Below are positions 21,625-31,330 of a stretch of DNA of 64,000 bases, one piece after another; position 1 is the first letter of the stretch, and each line of letters opens with the position of its first letter. The DNA is from a virus. The notes below the pieces were generated by a model, which saw only the letters and a program-made list of their open reading frames with translations, was not told where the DNA came from and ran no database searches. The translations under genes were made by a program, and so were the position numbers. Location of the stretch: IMG/VR virus record IMGVR_UViG_3300032224_000591, positions 32,001 to 96,000 of that record; one strand, written 5' to 3'.

Positions 21625-21849
21625 ATGACTAATACAATCACAGTTAAGCTTAATGACATGGGTGGGCTGACATCCCAGCTGCCAGTCACTATTAAGAATA
21701 CACCAACACTCGTTTCCGGCACTTTAAAGCTTGAAGGACTAACTAATATTGACACTACCCAGGAAGAGAATGGGTCGACCCTATTATATGACTCGATCAC
21801 TGGCAATTGGGTGGCTAGCCCACTCAATGTCGATGGCGGAAATTTCTAA
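21625..21849 (+). CDS. Small tail protein ending in DGGxF
   Basis: 74 aa; L..L.NID......NGS.L.YD...GNW....L..DGGNF. Confidence 0.55.
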   Translation: MTNTITVKLNDMGGLTSQLPVTIKNTPTLVSGTLKLEGLTNIDTTQEENGSTLLYDSITGNWVASPLNVDGGNF

Positions 21850-21851
21850 AT

Positions 21852-21859
21852 CATAAATA
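21852..21859 (+). promoter_or_regulatory. T4-type late promoter (CATAAATA)
   Basis: Intergenic TAAATA box about 35 nt upstream of the fibre gene at 21893. Confidence 0.65.
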
Positions 21860-21892
21860 GAAGAAACGAGAACCTAAAAAAGGGTCAACCAG

Positions 21893-23476
21893 ATGGCGAA
21901 TAATCAGATACAAATTAAGAGAAGTGCGCTTACAGCTGCACCGGGATCATTGGTCGCTGGTGAACTTGCATATGCTAATAGCACTCAAGTCCTTTACATC
22001 GGCTCTACGGACGGTGGAACAGTTGTTCCTATCGGCGGTTATAGAGCACCTGGTATACTAACTGCTAATCAAGCCCTTGTTACTAACTCAACGAGTGGTA
22101 TCAATAAGGTCATTGCTGCAAACCTCCAAGTAAGCTTTATCGAAGCTAACGGCTCAGGTAATACCGGTACTGCTGGTTACTTCTTGATGTCCGGTGGTGC
22201 AGGTTCGAACGTTTACTGGAGCACAACAGTTTCAGCAACGTCGTTAACCACTGGTAATACAACTCTTGGCACTGGTGGCGTTTCTGTTAATACTACAGCT
22301 GTTGAAGTAGGTAATAATACCGTCAACACCATGATGACCAATGCCGGCTATACCTTGAATGGTACGGTCTTCATTGCTAATACAACTGGTATGTACCACA
22401 CTGGCGCAGCAAATGCTGCATCGTTCACAGCGGGTCTAATCGGTACCGGTACTGGCGGCTTTAATGCCAATGCGACGGTTATGACTGTTGGTAATAACAC
22501 AGTTAACACTAACATCACCAACGGCAATATTACAATTAATGGTACGACGTTTATTGCTAACGTCTCTGGACTGTACCATGCCGGCACAGTTAATGCTGCA
22601 TCATATAGCATCGGCACTACTTGGGTTGCTAATTCGACTGGTATGTACCACACCGGTACAATTAATGCTGCATCATTAACAATTGGTACGACAACTACTG
22701 CTAACTCAACTGGTCTATATCAAACTGCTCTAACTTCTCTTGCAAATACCACACTAACTGGTACATATGCAAATGTTCAGGCTACAACGACTACAATCGC
22801 TGGTACGACAACAACCATCTCATCTAACGTTGTGTTTACCGGCGCAACTGTTAATGCAACATCATCTACCTTTAACGTCCGCGATGCAGTTATCTCCGGT
22901 AACCTAACGATCAATGGTACACTAACAACTATTGATTCTCAGAATATCATTGTTAAAGATCCTACAATCAAGCTTGCTGATAACAATACCACAACCGACC
23001 TAATCGATATTGGTATCTACGGTGCACAGGGTAATGTTTCTTCAACATATTACTCAGGTATCTATCGTCATGCAGCAGCTTCGACTCTAACTAATCCAGT
23101 CTTCAAGCTCTTTGCATCTACAACAGAGCCTACTACTACTGTTGATAACACAGCGATCGGTTATACCTCAGGTACACTTATGGCGTACCTGCAAACTCCA
23201 GCCGGTACTGGAGCATTTATTGCTAATGCTTCAGTTGTTAATATTACAGCTAATGCGACTATTTCTGTTGCGCTCGTTGCTAATAGCTTAACACTATCAA
23301 CTCCGCTAGCAGCTACATCTGGTGGTACTGGCTATAACACATATACTTCCGGGGATATTCTAGTTGCTAATACCGGAAATGCTTTAACTAAGCTATCACT
23401 AGGTACGAACGGCTACGTATTGCAGTCAAATGGTACTGCTCTAGTCTATGGTGTTCTAGATGGTGGTACATTCTAA
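21893..23476 (+). CDS. Tail fibre protein
   Basis: N-terminal IQIKRS.....P..L..GELA anchor; ANSTG repeats; GNLTINGT.T.I....I.VKDP.I.L; ends LDGGTF. Confidence 0.75.
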   Translation: MANNQIQIKRSALTAAPGSLVAGELAYANSTQVLYIGSTDGGTVVPIGGYRAPGILTANQALVTNSTSGINKVIAANLQVSFIEANGSGNTGTAGYFLMSGGAGSNVYWSTTVSATSLTTGNTTLGTGGVSVNTTAVEVGNNTVNTMMTNAGYTLNGTVFIANTTGMYHTGAANAASFTAGLIGTGTGGFNANATVMTVGNNTVNTNITNGNITINGTTFIANVSGLYHAGTVNAASYSIGTTWVANSTGMYHTGTINAASLTIGTTTTANSTGLYQTALTSLANTTLTGTYANVQATTTTIAGTTTTISSNVVFTGATVNATSSTFNVRDAVISGNLTINGTLTTIDSQNIIVKDPTIKLADNNTTTDLIDIGIYGAQGNVSSTYYSGIYRHAAASTLTNPVFKLFASTTEPTTTVDNTAIGYTSGTLMAYLQTPAGTGAFIANASVVNITANATISVALVANSLTLSTPLAATSGGTGYNTYTSGDILVANTGNALTKLSLGTNGYVLQSNGTALVYGVLDGGTF

Positions 23477-23503
23477 TATTGACATTGATGGATCTATTAT
23501 ATC

Positions 23504-23740
23504 ATGAATACAGACCTTGTAAACCTTTATATTGAAAAACTACTCTCCGAAATAACTGAGTCTGTCAAGACTAGAATCTTGCTACAGACTCAGTTAACCT
23601 ACACGGAGCGCTTAAATAGTGAACTACAGCAAACTAATGATGAGTTAAAACGTGAGGTTGCTGGATTACAGGAACGTATTATCCAAGTAGAGGCTAACTT
23701 ACATAAGAAAGTCGCTGCTAAGACAAAAGATGATTTCTAG
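23504..23740 (+). CDS. Small coiled-coil protein (possible fibre chaperone)
   Basis: 78 aa heptad-rich ORF between two fibre genes. Confidence 0.55.
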   Translation: MNTDLVNLYIEKLLSEITESVKTRILLQTQLTYTERLNSELQQTNDELKREVAGLQERIIQVEANLHKKVAAKTKDDF

Positions 23741-23774
23741 ACCTCGGCTATATAGCTGATAATGAGGGAGCCAT

Positions 23775-26700
23775 ATGGCTAATAACGTATTTCAAGTAAA
23801 GAGAACGTCTGTAGCTGGCCGTACGCCAAATACGACATCCTCCTACGCTACAAATTCTCAGTATATTGCAGCCGGCGAGCTCGCCCTCAATATGACCGAT
23901 CAGATTCTCTATACATCTGATGGTACTAATATTATTTCAGTTGGCGCTAACATAGCAAACCAACGTATCACAAATTCTCTTACACTTAACAATAACGTAA
24001 AAATCAATTGGCGCGATGTTTATGGTGCTAACGTATCATTAGTTCATCAGAGTGATGATAACTCTGTATTCTATTCAACAAACGTAGCGCATCAACCAAG
24101 AGCTATTTGGTCGGTATTTGCTAACAGTGATACTAGTGCATTTACTATATCAGCACCAACACAATTTAATTCTAATGCTACATATAATGGCACAAACATT
24201 ATCCTTAGTGGTAGTGCTGGTATTGTGGCTAACGGTTCTTTAGGTTCAAATGGTTGGGTATTAACATCAAATGGTACGTCTGCATATTGGATCAGTGCCG
24301 GCGCAAGTTCGACTGATGTTACTGCAAACTTTGTTTGGCAGAACTCACATACATTTCAGAAACAAGTAGTATTTACCGGTAATGGTATTAGTCTTACAAG
24401 TAATACCGGTGGTGTAAACTATAATGGTAATACAGACACTAACTGGAGAATGGGTCGTAATACAGGTCTTACTACTAAGTTTTACTACAGCAATAATACT
24501 ATGGATATTATTGCTGGTGGATCAAATCTTGAAGGTATAGTATTTGGTCAGTCTAGTGGTAATACCTATCTAGAAACCGGTTATGCTGGAACATTCACAA
24601 AGAATCCAATTTATGTTGGTAACGCAACTGTAAACGTATCTATCAACTCTACATCATTTACTGGTACAGCAAACAACGCTACTAATCTTGGCGGTGTTGC
24701 GGCTGCATCATATGTTAATACTTCTGGTAACTATACTGTTTCAGGTAATATTAACTTCACCGGTGCAAACGTATATTACACATCAACATTATATGCTGCT
24801 GGGCAGGTTGTTATTGGTGCAGCTGGTGACCTTATTCTAGCTAATGGTTCAGGTATTCAGGCCAATGGCACATGGGGTGCTGCCGGTTATGCGCTGATGA
24901 CCGATGGTAGTGGTAATGATTACTGGGGAAATCCAGCAACAAATACCTCTGCACAGTATACTTGGTCTAATACACAAACGTTTAGTAATACGATTACATT
25001 TAGTGGTTCATTACTAGGCTCTACTATAAATGCTACATCATATACTACCGGCAACGTTACAACGGGTACTGGTGGTGCCGTTCTTAATACATCAGTATTG
25101 TTTATTGGTAATAATACTGTAAATGCTACATTTACTACATCTGGTGTAACTGTAGGAACATATTGGGTCACAAACTCAACTGGTGTATATCATACTGGTC
25201 TAGTAAATGCTGCATCGTATAACATAGGCTCAACCCTAATAGCTAATACTACCGGTGTATATCATACTGGTCTAGTAAATGCTGCATCGTATAATACGGG
25301 TGGTGGTTATGGCACAGTAACTGGCGGCTCTGTTGTCAATAGTTCAGTTATTGCTGTAGGTAATAGTACAGTAAACACAATTATCAATGCTACATCATTC
25401 AGTGGTGTTGCCAATAATGCTTCCAATCTTGATGGTGTTCCTGCATCAAACTATGTCAATACTAGTGGTGCATATACAATTAGTGGTGTGCATACACATA
25501 CTGCAAACATCTATGCTAACTCTGCATTGTTCTTTGCTAATGCTATAGCACACTCAGTCACAACTGGTGCAACTGCTAACGGCACTACTCAGGCTACAGC
25601 ATATCCTATTGTTACAACTGCAGTTCAATTCACAACTGTAGCAGCCGGTTCCGGGGCTATTCTTCCAACCGCTGTTCCTGGTCAACGTCTATTCATTGCT
25701 AATGATGGAGCGAATCAGCTTCTTCTATATCCAGCTGTTGGTGGTTTAATTGACCAGGCTGCAGTAAATGCGGCTATTACTATTGCCGCCGGCGGTATGT
25801 GGGAGGGTCATTCACTCACAACTGTCAACTGGACATCTATCTCTCCTGATACTCAGGGTTCAAACGGTGTTGTAGTTACGCAGGGCAATGGCGTAGTAAT
25901 GCTGACGGTAAACGCAGCTTACATCAATACTATATCAGCAAACAATGCTGCATATCTTGGTGGTACAGCTGCAGCATCATACCAGCTTAACTCAACACTT
26001 AATGCTAACATTGCTTCTTATCTTCCATTGTATAACGGTGTTGTTAACACATCATCAGTAACTATGGGCAATGCGTCAGTTGGATTTACCGGTAATACGA
26101 CTGGCCTTTATCATACCGGTATTGTAAATGCCGCTACATTTACTACAACTGGTGCTGCAAATGTTGGTTCACTAAACGTCAGTGGTAATGCTAGCATCAC
26201 TGGTAGTATGACTATCAGTGGTAACCTAACAATTAGTGGTAACAGTGTTAGCATCGGCGCTAACAACCTAATTGTTCAGGATGCTGTGATCAGTCTTCAT
26301 ACATACGCTAACCTTGCACCATGGACTGTGAACGATGGTAAAGCAGTCGGTGTAGCTTTCCATTACTTTGATACAGCTGATAAGCAAGGTCTACTTTCAG
26401 TCACCCAGTCAAACGGGGTACTTACCTACTATAGCACATCAACCGATGCTGCTGTTGCTGATCCAGTAGGCAATACTCTTGGAACGTTCCAGGCTGGTGT
26501 CTTGCTTGCAGGTAACTCGACTGTATATACTACTGTTAATGCTACTAACTATACCGGCACATCTAATAACGCGTTGTATCTTGGTGGTACAGCTGCAGCG
26601 TCATACGCACTAAAAGCAGATGTGCACTATATTGGCACAACTTCCGTAGCACTTAATAGAGCGTCAGCTGCATTATCATTAACTGGTGTTTCTATTGATG

Positions 26701-27227
26701 GTACTGCAAACAATAGTACTTATTTTAATAGTCAAGCCGCAACATACTATACGAATGCTACTAACATTACAACTGGTGTCCTTCCATGGGCACAAGCACC
26801 AACAAACACTGTTAATACAAGTGGTGCATTTACTATTACCGGTGTACACACCCATAGTGCTAATGTTAGTGTCACCGGCACGAGTAAGTTTACCGGTGTA
26901 GTCGACGCCGCATCAGCTAATACACTTAACCAGACACTAACTGATGGTGTTACAATCACGTGGGATACTTCACTTGGTCAGATTGGTACTGTAACACTTG
27001 CTGGTAATAGGACTATGGCTGCGCCGACAAATCTTAAGGTGACTACATACATCCTCCACGTTCTACAGGATGCAACAGGCGGCCGAACAATAACATGGAA
27101 CTCAGTGTTTAAGTGGACCGCAGGCGCAGCTCCAGTTCTTTCTACTGGCGCTGGCAAACGAGATGTGTTCTCATTCATCAGTGATGGTACTAATCTTTAT
27201 GGATCTTACTTGCCTGACGTCAGATAA
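23775..27227 (+). CDS. Long tail fibre protein
   Basis: N-terminal FQVKRTS..GR.P....GELALN..D..LY; NA..LGG.AA.SY repeats; shared ~100 aa C-terminal domain. Confidence 0.8.
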   Translation: MANNVFQVKRTSVAGRTPNTTSSYATNSQYIAAGELALNMTDQILYTSDGTNIISVGANIANQRITNSLTLNNNVKINWRDVYGANVSLVHQSDDNSVFYSTNVAHQPRAIWSVFANSDTSAFTISAPTQFNSNATYNGTNIILSGSAGIVANGSLGSNGWVLTSNGTSAYWISAGASSTDVTANFVWQNSHTFQKQVVFTGNGISLTSNTGGVNYNGNTDTNWRMGRNTGLTTKFYYSNNTMDIIAGGSNLEGIVFGQSSGNTYLETGYAGTFTKNPIYVGNATVNVSINSTSFTGTANNATNLGGVAAASYVNTSGNYTVSGNINFTGANVYYTSTLYAAGQVVIGAAGDLILANGSGIQANGTWGAAGYALMTDGSGNDYWGNPATNTSAQYTWSNTQTFSNTITFSGSLLGSTINATSYTTGNVTTGTGGAVLNTSVLFIGNNTVNATFTTSGVTVGTYWVTNSTGVYHTGLVNAASYNIGSTLIANTTGVYHTGLVNAASYNTGGGYGTVTGGSVVNSSVIAVGNSTVNTIINATSFSGVANNASNLDGVPASNYVNTSGAYTISGVHTHTANIYANSALFFANAIAHSVTTGATANGTTQATAYPIVTTAVQFTTVAAGSGAILPTAVPGQRLFIANDGANQLLLYPAVGGLIDQAAVNAAITIAAGGMWEGHSLTTVNWTSISPDTQGSNGVVVTQGNGVVMLTVNAAYINTISANNAAYLGGTAAASYQLNSTLNANIASYLPLYNGVVNTSSVTMGNASVGFTGNTTGLYHTGIVNAATFTTTGAANVGSLNVSGNASITGSMTISGNLTISGNSVSIGANNLIVQDAVISLHTYANLAPWTVNDGKAVGVAFHYFDTADKQGLLSVTQSNGVLTYYSTSTDAAVADPVGNTLGTFQAGVLLAGNSTVYTTVNATNYTGTSNNALYLGGTAAASYALKADVHYIGTTSVALNRASAALSLTGVSIDGTANNSTYFNSQAATYYTNATNITTGVLPWAQAPTNTVNTSGAFTITGVHTHSANVSVTGTSKFTGVVDAASANTLNQTLTDGVTITWDTSLGQIGTVTLAGNRTMAAPTNLKVTTYILHVLQDATGGRTITWNSVFKWTAGAAPVLSTGAGKRDVFSFISDGTNLYGSYLPDVR
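25182..25294 (+). repeat. 41-bp exact direct repeat with a 72-nt period inside the fibre gene
   Basis: ggtgtatatcatactggtctagtaaatgctgcatcgtataa at 25182-25222 and 25254-25294 (GVYHTGLVNAASYN twice). Confidence 0.85.
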
Positions 27228-27230
27228 ATA
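27225..27230 (+). promoter_or_regulatory. Late promoter-like TAAATA overlapping the stop codon
   Basis: GATAAATA 30 nt upstream of the GTG start at 27261. Confidence 0.5.
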
Positions 27231-27260
27231 GATTAAAATGGCAACAGGGGAGAGTGAACC

Positions 27261-27740
27261 GTGCCAGATTCAAGTTTTGTAGTTAAGAATACACTAAGTG
27301 TTAATGGTGCCTTTACGGCCAATTCTACTTCATTGGCGTTTGGTAATACTACCATCTCACCAAACGGATATATTTCTGCTGCATCTGGTGCAACATTAAC
27401 ATTTACCGGATCGGTGAGCACAGCTCAAGCAAATATCATTTCACAGACTCTGACTGATGGTGCTACCATTGATTGGAATGTGGCTAATGGTCAAATTGCA
27501 TATCTTACACTAGGTGGCAATCGAACGATCAATGCGCCTAGTAATATCAAGGTTGGTACGTACATTCTTCATATCAATCAGGATGGTACCGGCAATAGAA
27601 CACTGACATGGAATGCCATTTATAAATGGACTGCTGGCGTTGCACCGGTTCTATCAACATCTGCTAATAGAAAAGATATTTTCACCTTCATGAGTGATGG
27701 TACGTACATGTATGGATCCTATCTTCCGGATGTAAGGTAA
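27261..27740 (+). CDS. Short fibre-tip protein, paralogue of the preceding fibre's C-terminal domain
   Basis: FVVKN.L N-terminus; C-terminal domain ends GSYLPDVR exactly like the 23775-27227 product. Confidence 0.7.
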   Translation: MPDSSFVVKNTLSVNGAFTANSTSLAFGNTTISPNGYISAASGATLTFTGSVSTAQANIISQTLTDGATIDWNVANGQIAYLTLGGNRTINAPSNIKVGTYILHINQDGTGNRTLTWNAIYKWTAGVAPVLSTSANRKDIFTFMSDGTYMYGSYLPDVR

Positions 27741-27744
27741 AAAG

Positions 27745-29313
27745 ATGTTTGTAGCGTTTCTACCACGCCCAACTCAGGTTGTCACAATCTCATCTGCGGC
27801 AAACAACATCAACCTGTTCACGCAGGCTAGTAGTCCGCCGTATCCATTGAATCTACTCTGCTTTATCAATGCTGCAGTCGGCTCAACATCAAACACAACA
27901 CCTGCGTTCAGAACTGGTACCGGTTGGGTACCAGGCACATTCCTTTATATTCAAAATTCAAATACAGTTACTGGTGGCGCCGGCCCAACAGGAAGCACTG
28001 GAAGCACAGGAACACCTGGTACAACTGGCTCGACAGGAACTACTGGGCCCGCTGGAACACCTGGTGGAACTGGAACGACTGGAGCAACAGGAAGCACCGG
28101 TCCAGCAGGTGGTGGTGGCGCAGGTGGAGCACAGGGTGGGCACGGAGCAGGCGGCCGTGGTGGTAATGGCGGCGCTAACTATCTAGCAGGTGATGGTGGT
28201 TCCGCAGGAAGTTATGGTGCTACAGGAAATCCAGGTGGCCCTGGCGGAAATGGTACACCTGGTGGAACAGGTGGCACTGGCGGTACTGGCGGAAATGGAA
28301 CTAATGGAACAGCTGGTGGCCCCGGTGGAACAGGTGGCACTGGCGGTACTGGTGGAACAGGTGGTGCCGGCGGCAGCGGTGGTATCGCGCTTCAGGCTGA
28401 CACAGTCACTGGTCTTATCACAGTTGTAAATAATACAACTACAATTAGCGGCGGAACGGCGGGCCCCGGTGGTGCTGGCGGGACTGGCGGGCCAGGTGGC
28501 CCGGGCGGAGTAGGTGGTCCTGGCGGTGCGGGCGGTAATGCTGGGCCTGGCGGGCCTGGTGGTCCTGGCGGACCCGGTGGTGCCGGCGGGGCGGGTGGTC
28601 CTGGAGGAATTGGTGGTTACGGCGGTGGCGGCGGCGGTGGCGGCGGCGGATCCGGATTTTATGCACCAGGTGTTCGATTTGCGCCTACTAGTGCACTAAC
28701 TTATGTCCACGGTGCAGCAGGCGGTGGAGGTGGCGGAAGCTATGGTTCAGTTGGTGCTGGCGGTGATGGTGGTTGGACTTACTCACCAGCGTACTATTCA
28801 CCTGCAGGTAAAGCCGATCCGCCTAACTTGAATCCAGCATTTAACGTATTTGCTTACGGAGGTGCTGCAGGATCTGGTGCATCCGGTGGTTCAGGTGGTG
28901 GTGCCTGGTACGGTGGTGGTGCTGGTGGTCGGGGCGGAGACGCACAAAATTCTGGAGCAGCAGGAAATGCTGGTACTGGTCATCCAGTTTATGCGCCAGG
29001 TGGTAAAGCGGATCCGCCTTATATCTCATATTATGATACATATTGGGGCGGTGGTGCAGGTGGAGCAGCCGGTGGTCAGGGTGGATCAGGATCAACTGGG
29101 CCAGCAGGAACGCCAGGAAGTACTGGACCACAGGGCGCGACTGGCGCAGCCGGTAGTGCGGGATCGCCTGGAGCAACTGGCCCAACAGGGCCAACCGGAG
29201 CGACTGGGCCAACAGGGGCAACAGGAACACCGGGTTCACAAGGACCAGCTATATCAGGTACAGCAAATATTACTTGGATAAACAATGGTACAAGAAACGG
29301 ACCAATAGGATAA
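27745..29313 (+). CDS. gp38-like polyglycine receptor-binding adhesin with collagen-like G-X-Y expansions
   Basis: [13 protein letters not shown], polyglycine tracts flanking aromatic loops, C-terminal GPAISG..NITW...GTR.G.I resembling T2-type gp38; directly follows fibre genes. Confidence 0.65.
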   Translation: MFVAFLPRPTQVVTISSAANNINLFTQASSPPYPLNLLCFINAAVGSTSNTTPAFRTGTGWVPGTFLYIQNSNTVTGGAGPTGSTGSTGTPGTTGSTGTTGPAGTPGGTGTTGATGSTGPAGGGGAGGAQGGHGAGGRGGNGGANYLAGDGGSAGSYGATGNPGGPGGNGTPGGTGGTGGTGGNGTNGTAGGPGGTGGTGGTGGTGGAGGSGGIALQADTVTGLITVVNNTTTISGGTAGPGGAGGTGGPGGPGGVGGPGGAGGNAGPGGPGGPGGPGGAGGAGGPGGIGGYGGGGGGGGGGSGFYAPGVRFAPTSALTYVHGAAGGGGGGSYGSVGAGGDGGWTYSPAYYSPAGKADPPNLNPAFNVFAYGGAAGSGASGGSGGGAWYGGGAGGRGGDAQNSGAAGNAGTGHPVYAPGGKADPPYISYYDTYWGGGAGGAAGGQGGSGSTGPAGTPGSTGPQGATGAAGSAGSPGATGPTGPTGATGPTGATGTPGSQGPAISGTANITWINNGTRNGPIG

Positions 29314-29317
29314 AGAC

Positions 29318-29785
29318 ATGGACATTCATTACAAGATTCTAGAAGTAAACCCAAATGAACATGCGATTGTCGTTAGATATTTCAGTGATGTTCTTAGTGA
29401 GGAACAGCTAGTTATAAACGCCGAAGATCCTAATCGTAGAGATGATGGAAGCCCATGGCGTTGTCGCACAGACTATAATTTGAACTTACCGGTACCTGCT
29501 CCAGTAGGAGAGGAACTTCATAAATTTATTGTGATGTCAGCACCAATCGGCTGGTTTGATATGCAGCATAAAGTTGTAAATCCGGACATCGATACTTCGC
29601 TATCACATATCACTGAGTTAGTTGATCAACATATTACTATAACAGGTGAAGACATTTTTAAGGCCTTTAATGTTGAAGTATCTACAAATGAATTAACTGG
29701 ACTATACGAAGAGCCTACTGGACCAATGACAGAAGACGATATTGTAGAACTTTTGAAAAAGGCAGCCGCTGGACAAGTAGGCTAA
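29318..29785 (+). CDS. Hypothetical protein
   Basis: 155 aa ORF tightly coupled to the adhesin gene and the first PP-loop gene. Confidence 0.6.
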   Translation: MDIHYKILEVNPNEHAIVVRYFSDVLSEEQLVINAEDPNRRDDGSPWRCRTDYNLNLPVPAPVGEELHKFIVMSAPIGWFDMQHKVVNPDIDTSLSHITELVDQHITITGEDIFKAFNVEVSTNELTGLYEEPTGPMTEDDIVELLKKAAAGQVG

Positions 29786-29788
29786 TAA

Positions 29789-30859
29789 ATGGCATCTGGT
29801 CTTAAGCTAGGTAAGAATATTTTTTATTATGATGAGCATAATAACGTCTATGATAACAGACACGCTTTATTTGCTAATAGTAATGCAAAAGTAAAGAGAT
29901 TCTACTACTACGATAGAGAGTTCGATAAGGTTGACTGGAGAAAAGAACCTCCAGAAGATCTATGGACTCTCTATTCTAAAAGAGCACAACAGATCAGAGA
30001 TGATTATGAATATGTTGTGTTATGTTACTCTGGTGGTATAGACTCTACTACAATACTTGAAGCCTTTTACTACAACAATATTCATATTGATGAGATATTA
30101 GTAGTAGGTGCATTCTCTCAGGATAAGTTTGAAGGTGATGACACCAATCATAATGGTGACATCTACTACAATGTCTATCCTACGCTGAAGACAATGGATC
30201 TTCCAAACACTAAAATTACCATTAAAGACTACACTGATTATTTTGTAGATCCTAATAACTTTAGTCTAATCAAAGAATATGGTGATGACTTTAGTAAATT
30301 CTTAGGTTCATATACTAGTGTACACAATCTATTCTGGTATGACTTAAAGAAATTCATATCACTACCAGATAAGAAGGCTTGTTATATTATGGGGTCTGAT
30401 AAACCTAGACTAGCATTTCATTATGAAAATAGAAAATTCTTTACTCAGATAAATGACAATGCTGTAACTGACTATGGTGCAGCTATGTTTGATGATAACT
30501 TTACTAGGGTCAATTTCTATACACATCCAGATGCCCAAGAGATCATGCGTAAGCAGCTTCATATGATGATGCATTATTATATGCAGCAGGTCCTAGCAAC
30601 TCAACGGATGACTCATGATGATTATGATAAACACTATATAGCTATAGCAGATGCAATAATATATAACCTTAGAAATCCTCTGCAATTTAAGTCAAAGAAG
30701 TCTTCAATTGCATGCTTAAGTATAAGGGATACGTTTATACTAGATAAGCAAGACTCTAAAATGTTTCAGTTATATAAAGATTCATTGACTAGGATAGATA
30801 AAAAAGTAGCTATACCTAGAACTGGATTTAGGACTAAAGCATATTACATCACGGAATGA
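29789..30859 (+). CDS. PP-loop (adenine nucleotide alpha-hydrolase-like) ATP pyrophosphatase, paralogue 1
   Basis: RAQQIRDDYEYVVLCYSGGIDSTTILEAF; GSDKP motif. Confidence 0.7.
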   Translation: MASGLKLGKNIFYYDEHNNVYDNRHALFANSNAKVKRFYYYDREFDKVDWRKEPPEDLWTLYSKRAQQIRDDYEYVVLCYSGGIDSTTILEAFYYNNIHIDEILVVGAFSQDKFEGDDTNHNGDIYYNVYPTLKTMDLPNTKITIKDYTDYFVDPNNFSLIKEYGDDFSKFLGSYTSVHNLFWYDLKKFISLPDKKACYIMGSDKPRLAFHYENRKFFTQINDNAVTDYGAAMFDDNFTRVNFYTHPDAQEIMRKQLHMMMHYYMQQVLATQRMTHDDYDKHYIAIADAIIYNLRNPLQFKSKKSSIACLSIRDTFILDKQDSKMFQLYKDSLTRIDKKVAIPRTGFRTKAYYITE

Positions 30860-30862
30860 GTT

Positions 30863-31330
30863 ATGGATTATCTTTTCTATTTCCTTTTATGGACATTCAT
30901 GATATATTGGATGCATAGGTTAGTACATGTGGTTCCCTACGTAAGTAAGATCCATGGTGACCATCATGCCCAAGTATCACAGGAGACGATCCGTGGACTT
31001 CACTGGACGAACCTGTTTCTATTCTTTGATAGCTGGAAGAGTACTGCAGACCAATGGATCACTGAAGTTATTCCAACATTCATCTTGTGTTATATTACTG
31101 GACAGTGGTGGTTAATGATTTCTTACTATATCTGGGCAGCACTGATCCAAGAGTCTATTGAACACAATGAGAAGTTTGACTTGTACCCATTCATCACCAG
31201 TGGTAGATGGCATTTAATTCATCATAGAGATCCTAATTCAAACTATGGTGTATTCTTTCCTATTTGGGATGTATTATTTGGAACTTGGAAGGGAATAGAT
31301 GGCAACGTACAAAAATTGGTTCAGAAGTAA
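30863..31330 (+). CDS. Fatty acid hydroxylase/sterol desaturase family membrane di-iron enzyme
   Basis: His boxes YWMHRLVH, HGDHH, EHN, HLIHH followed by NYG....WD.LFGT; hydrophobic segments. Confidence 0.85.
   Translation: MDYLFYFLLWTFMIYWMHRLVHVVPYVSKIHGDHHAQVSQETIRGLHWTNLFLFFDSWKSTADQWITEVIPTFILCYITGQWWLMISYYIWAALIQESIEHNEKFDLYPFITSGRWHLIHHRDPNSNYGVFFPIWDVLFGTWKGIDGNVQKLVQK

Noticed and set aside
23479-23505. Sigma70 promoter (TTGACA) upstream of the small coiled-coil gene
   Set aside because: No -10 hexamer at 16-18 nt spacing before the start codon
26900-27740. Diversity-generating retroelement (TR/VR pair) in the duplicated fibre-tip domains
   Set aside because: Differences between the copies involve all bases and many synonymous sites rather than adenines only; both copies are intact ORFs; no reverse transcriptase in the window
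27869-29354. Multiple overlapping alternative-frame ORFs over the glycine-rich gene
   Set aside because: Expected by-product of GC-rich GGN repeats lacking stop codons; no SD or family motifs
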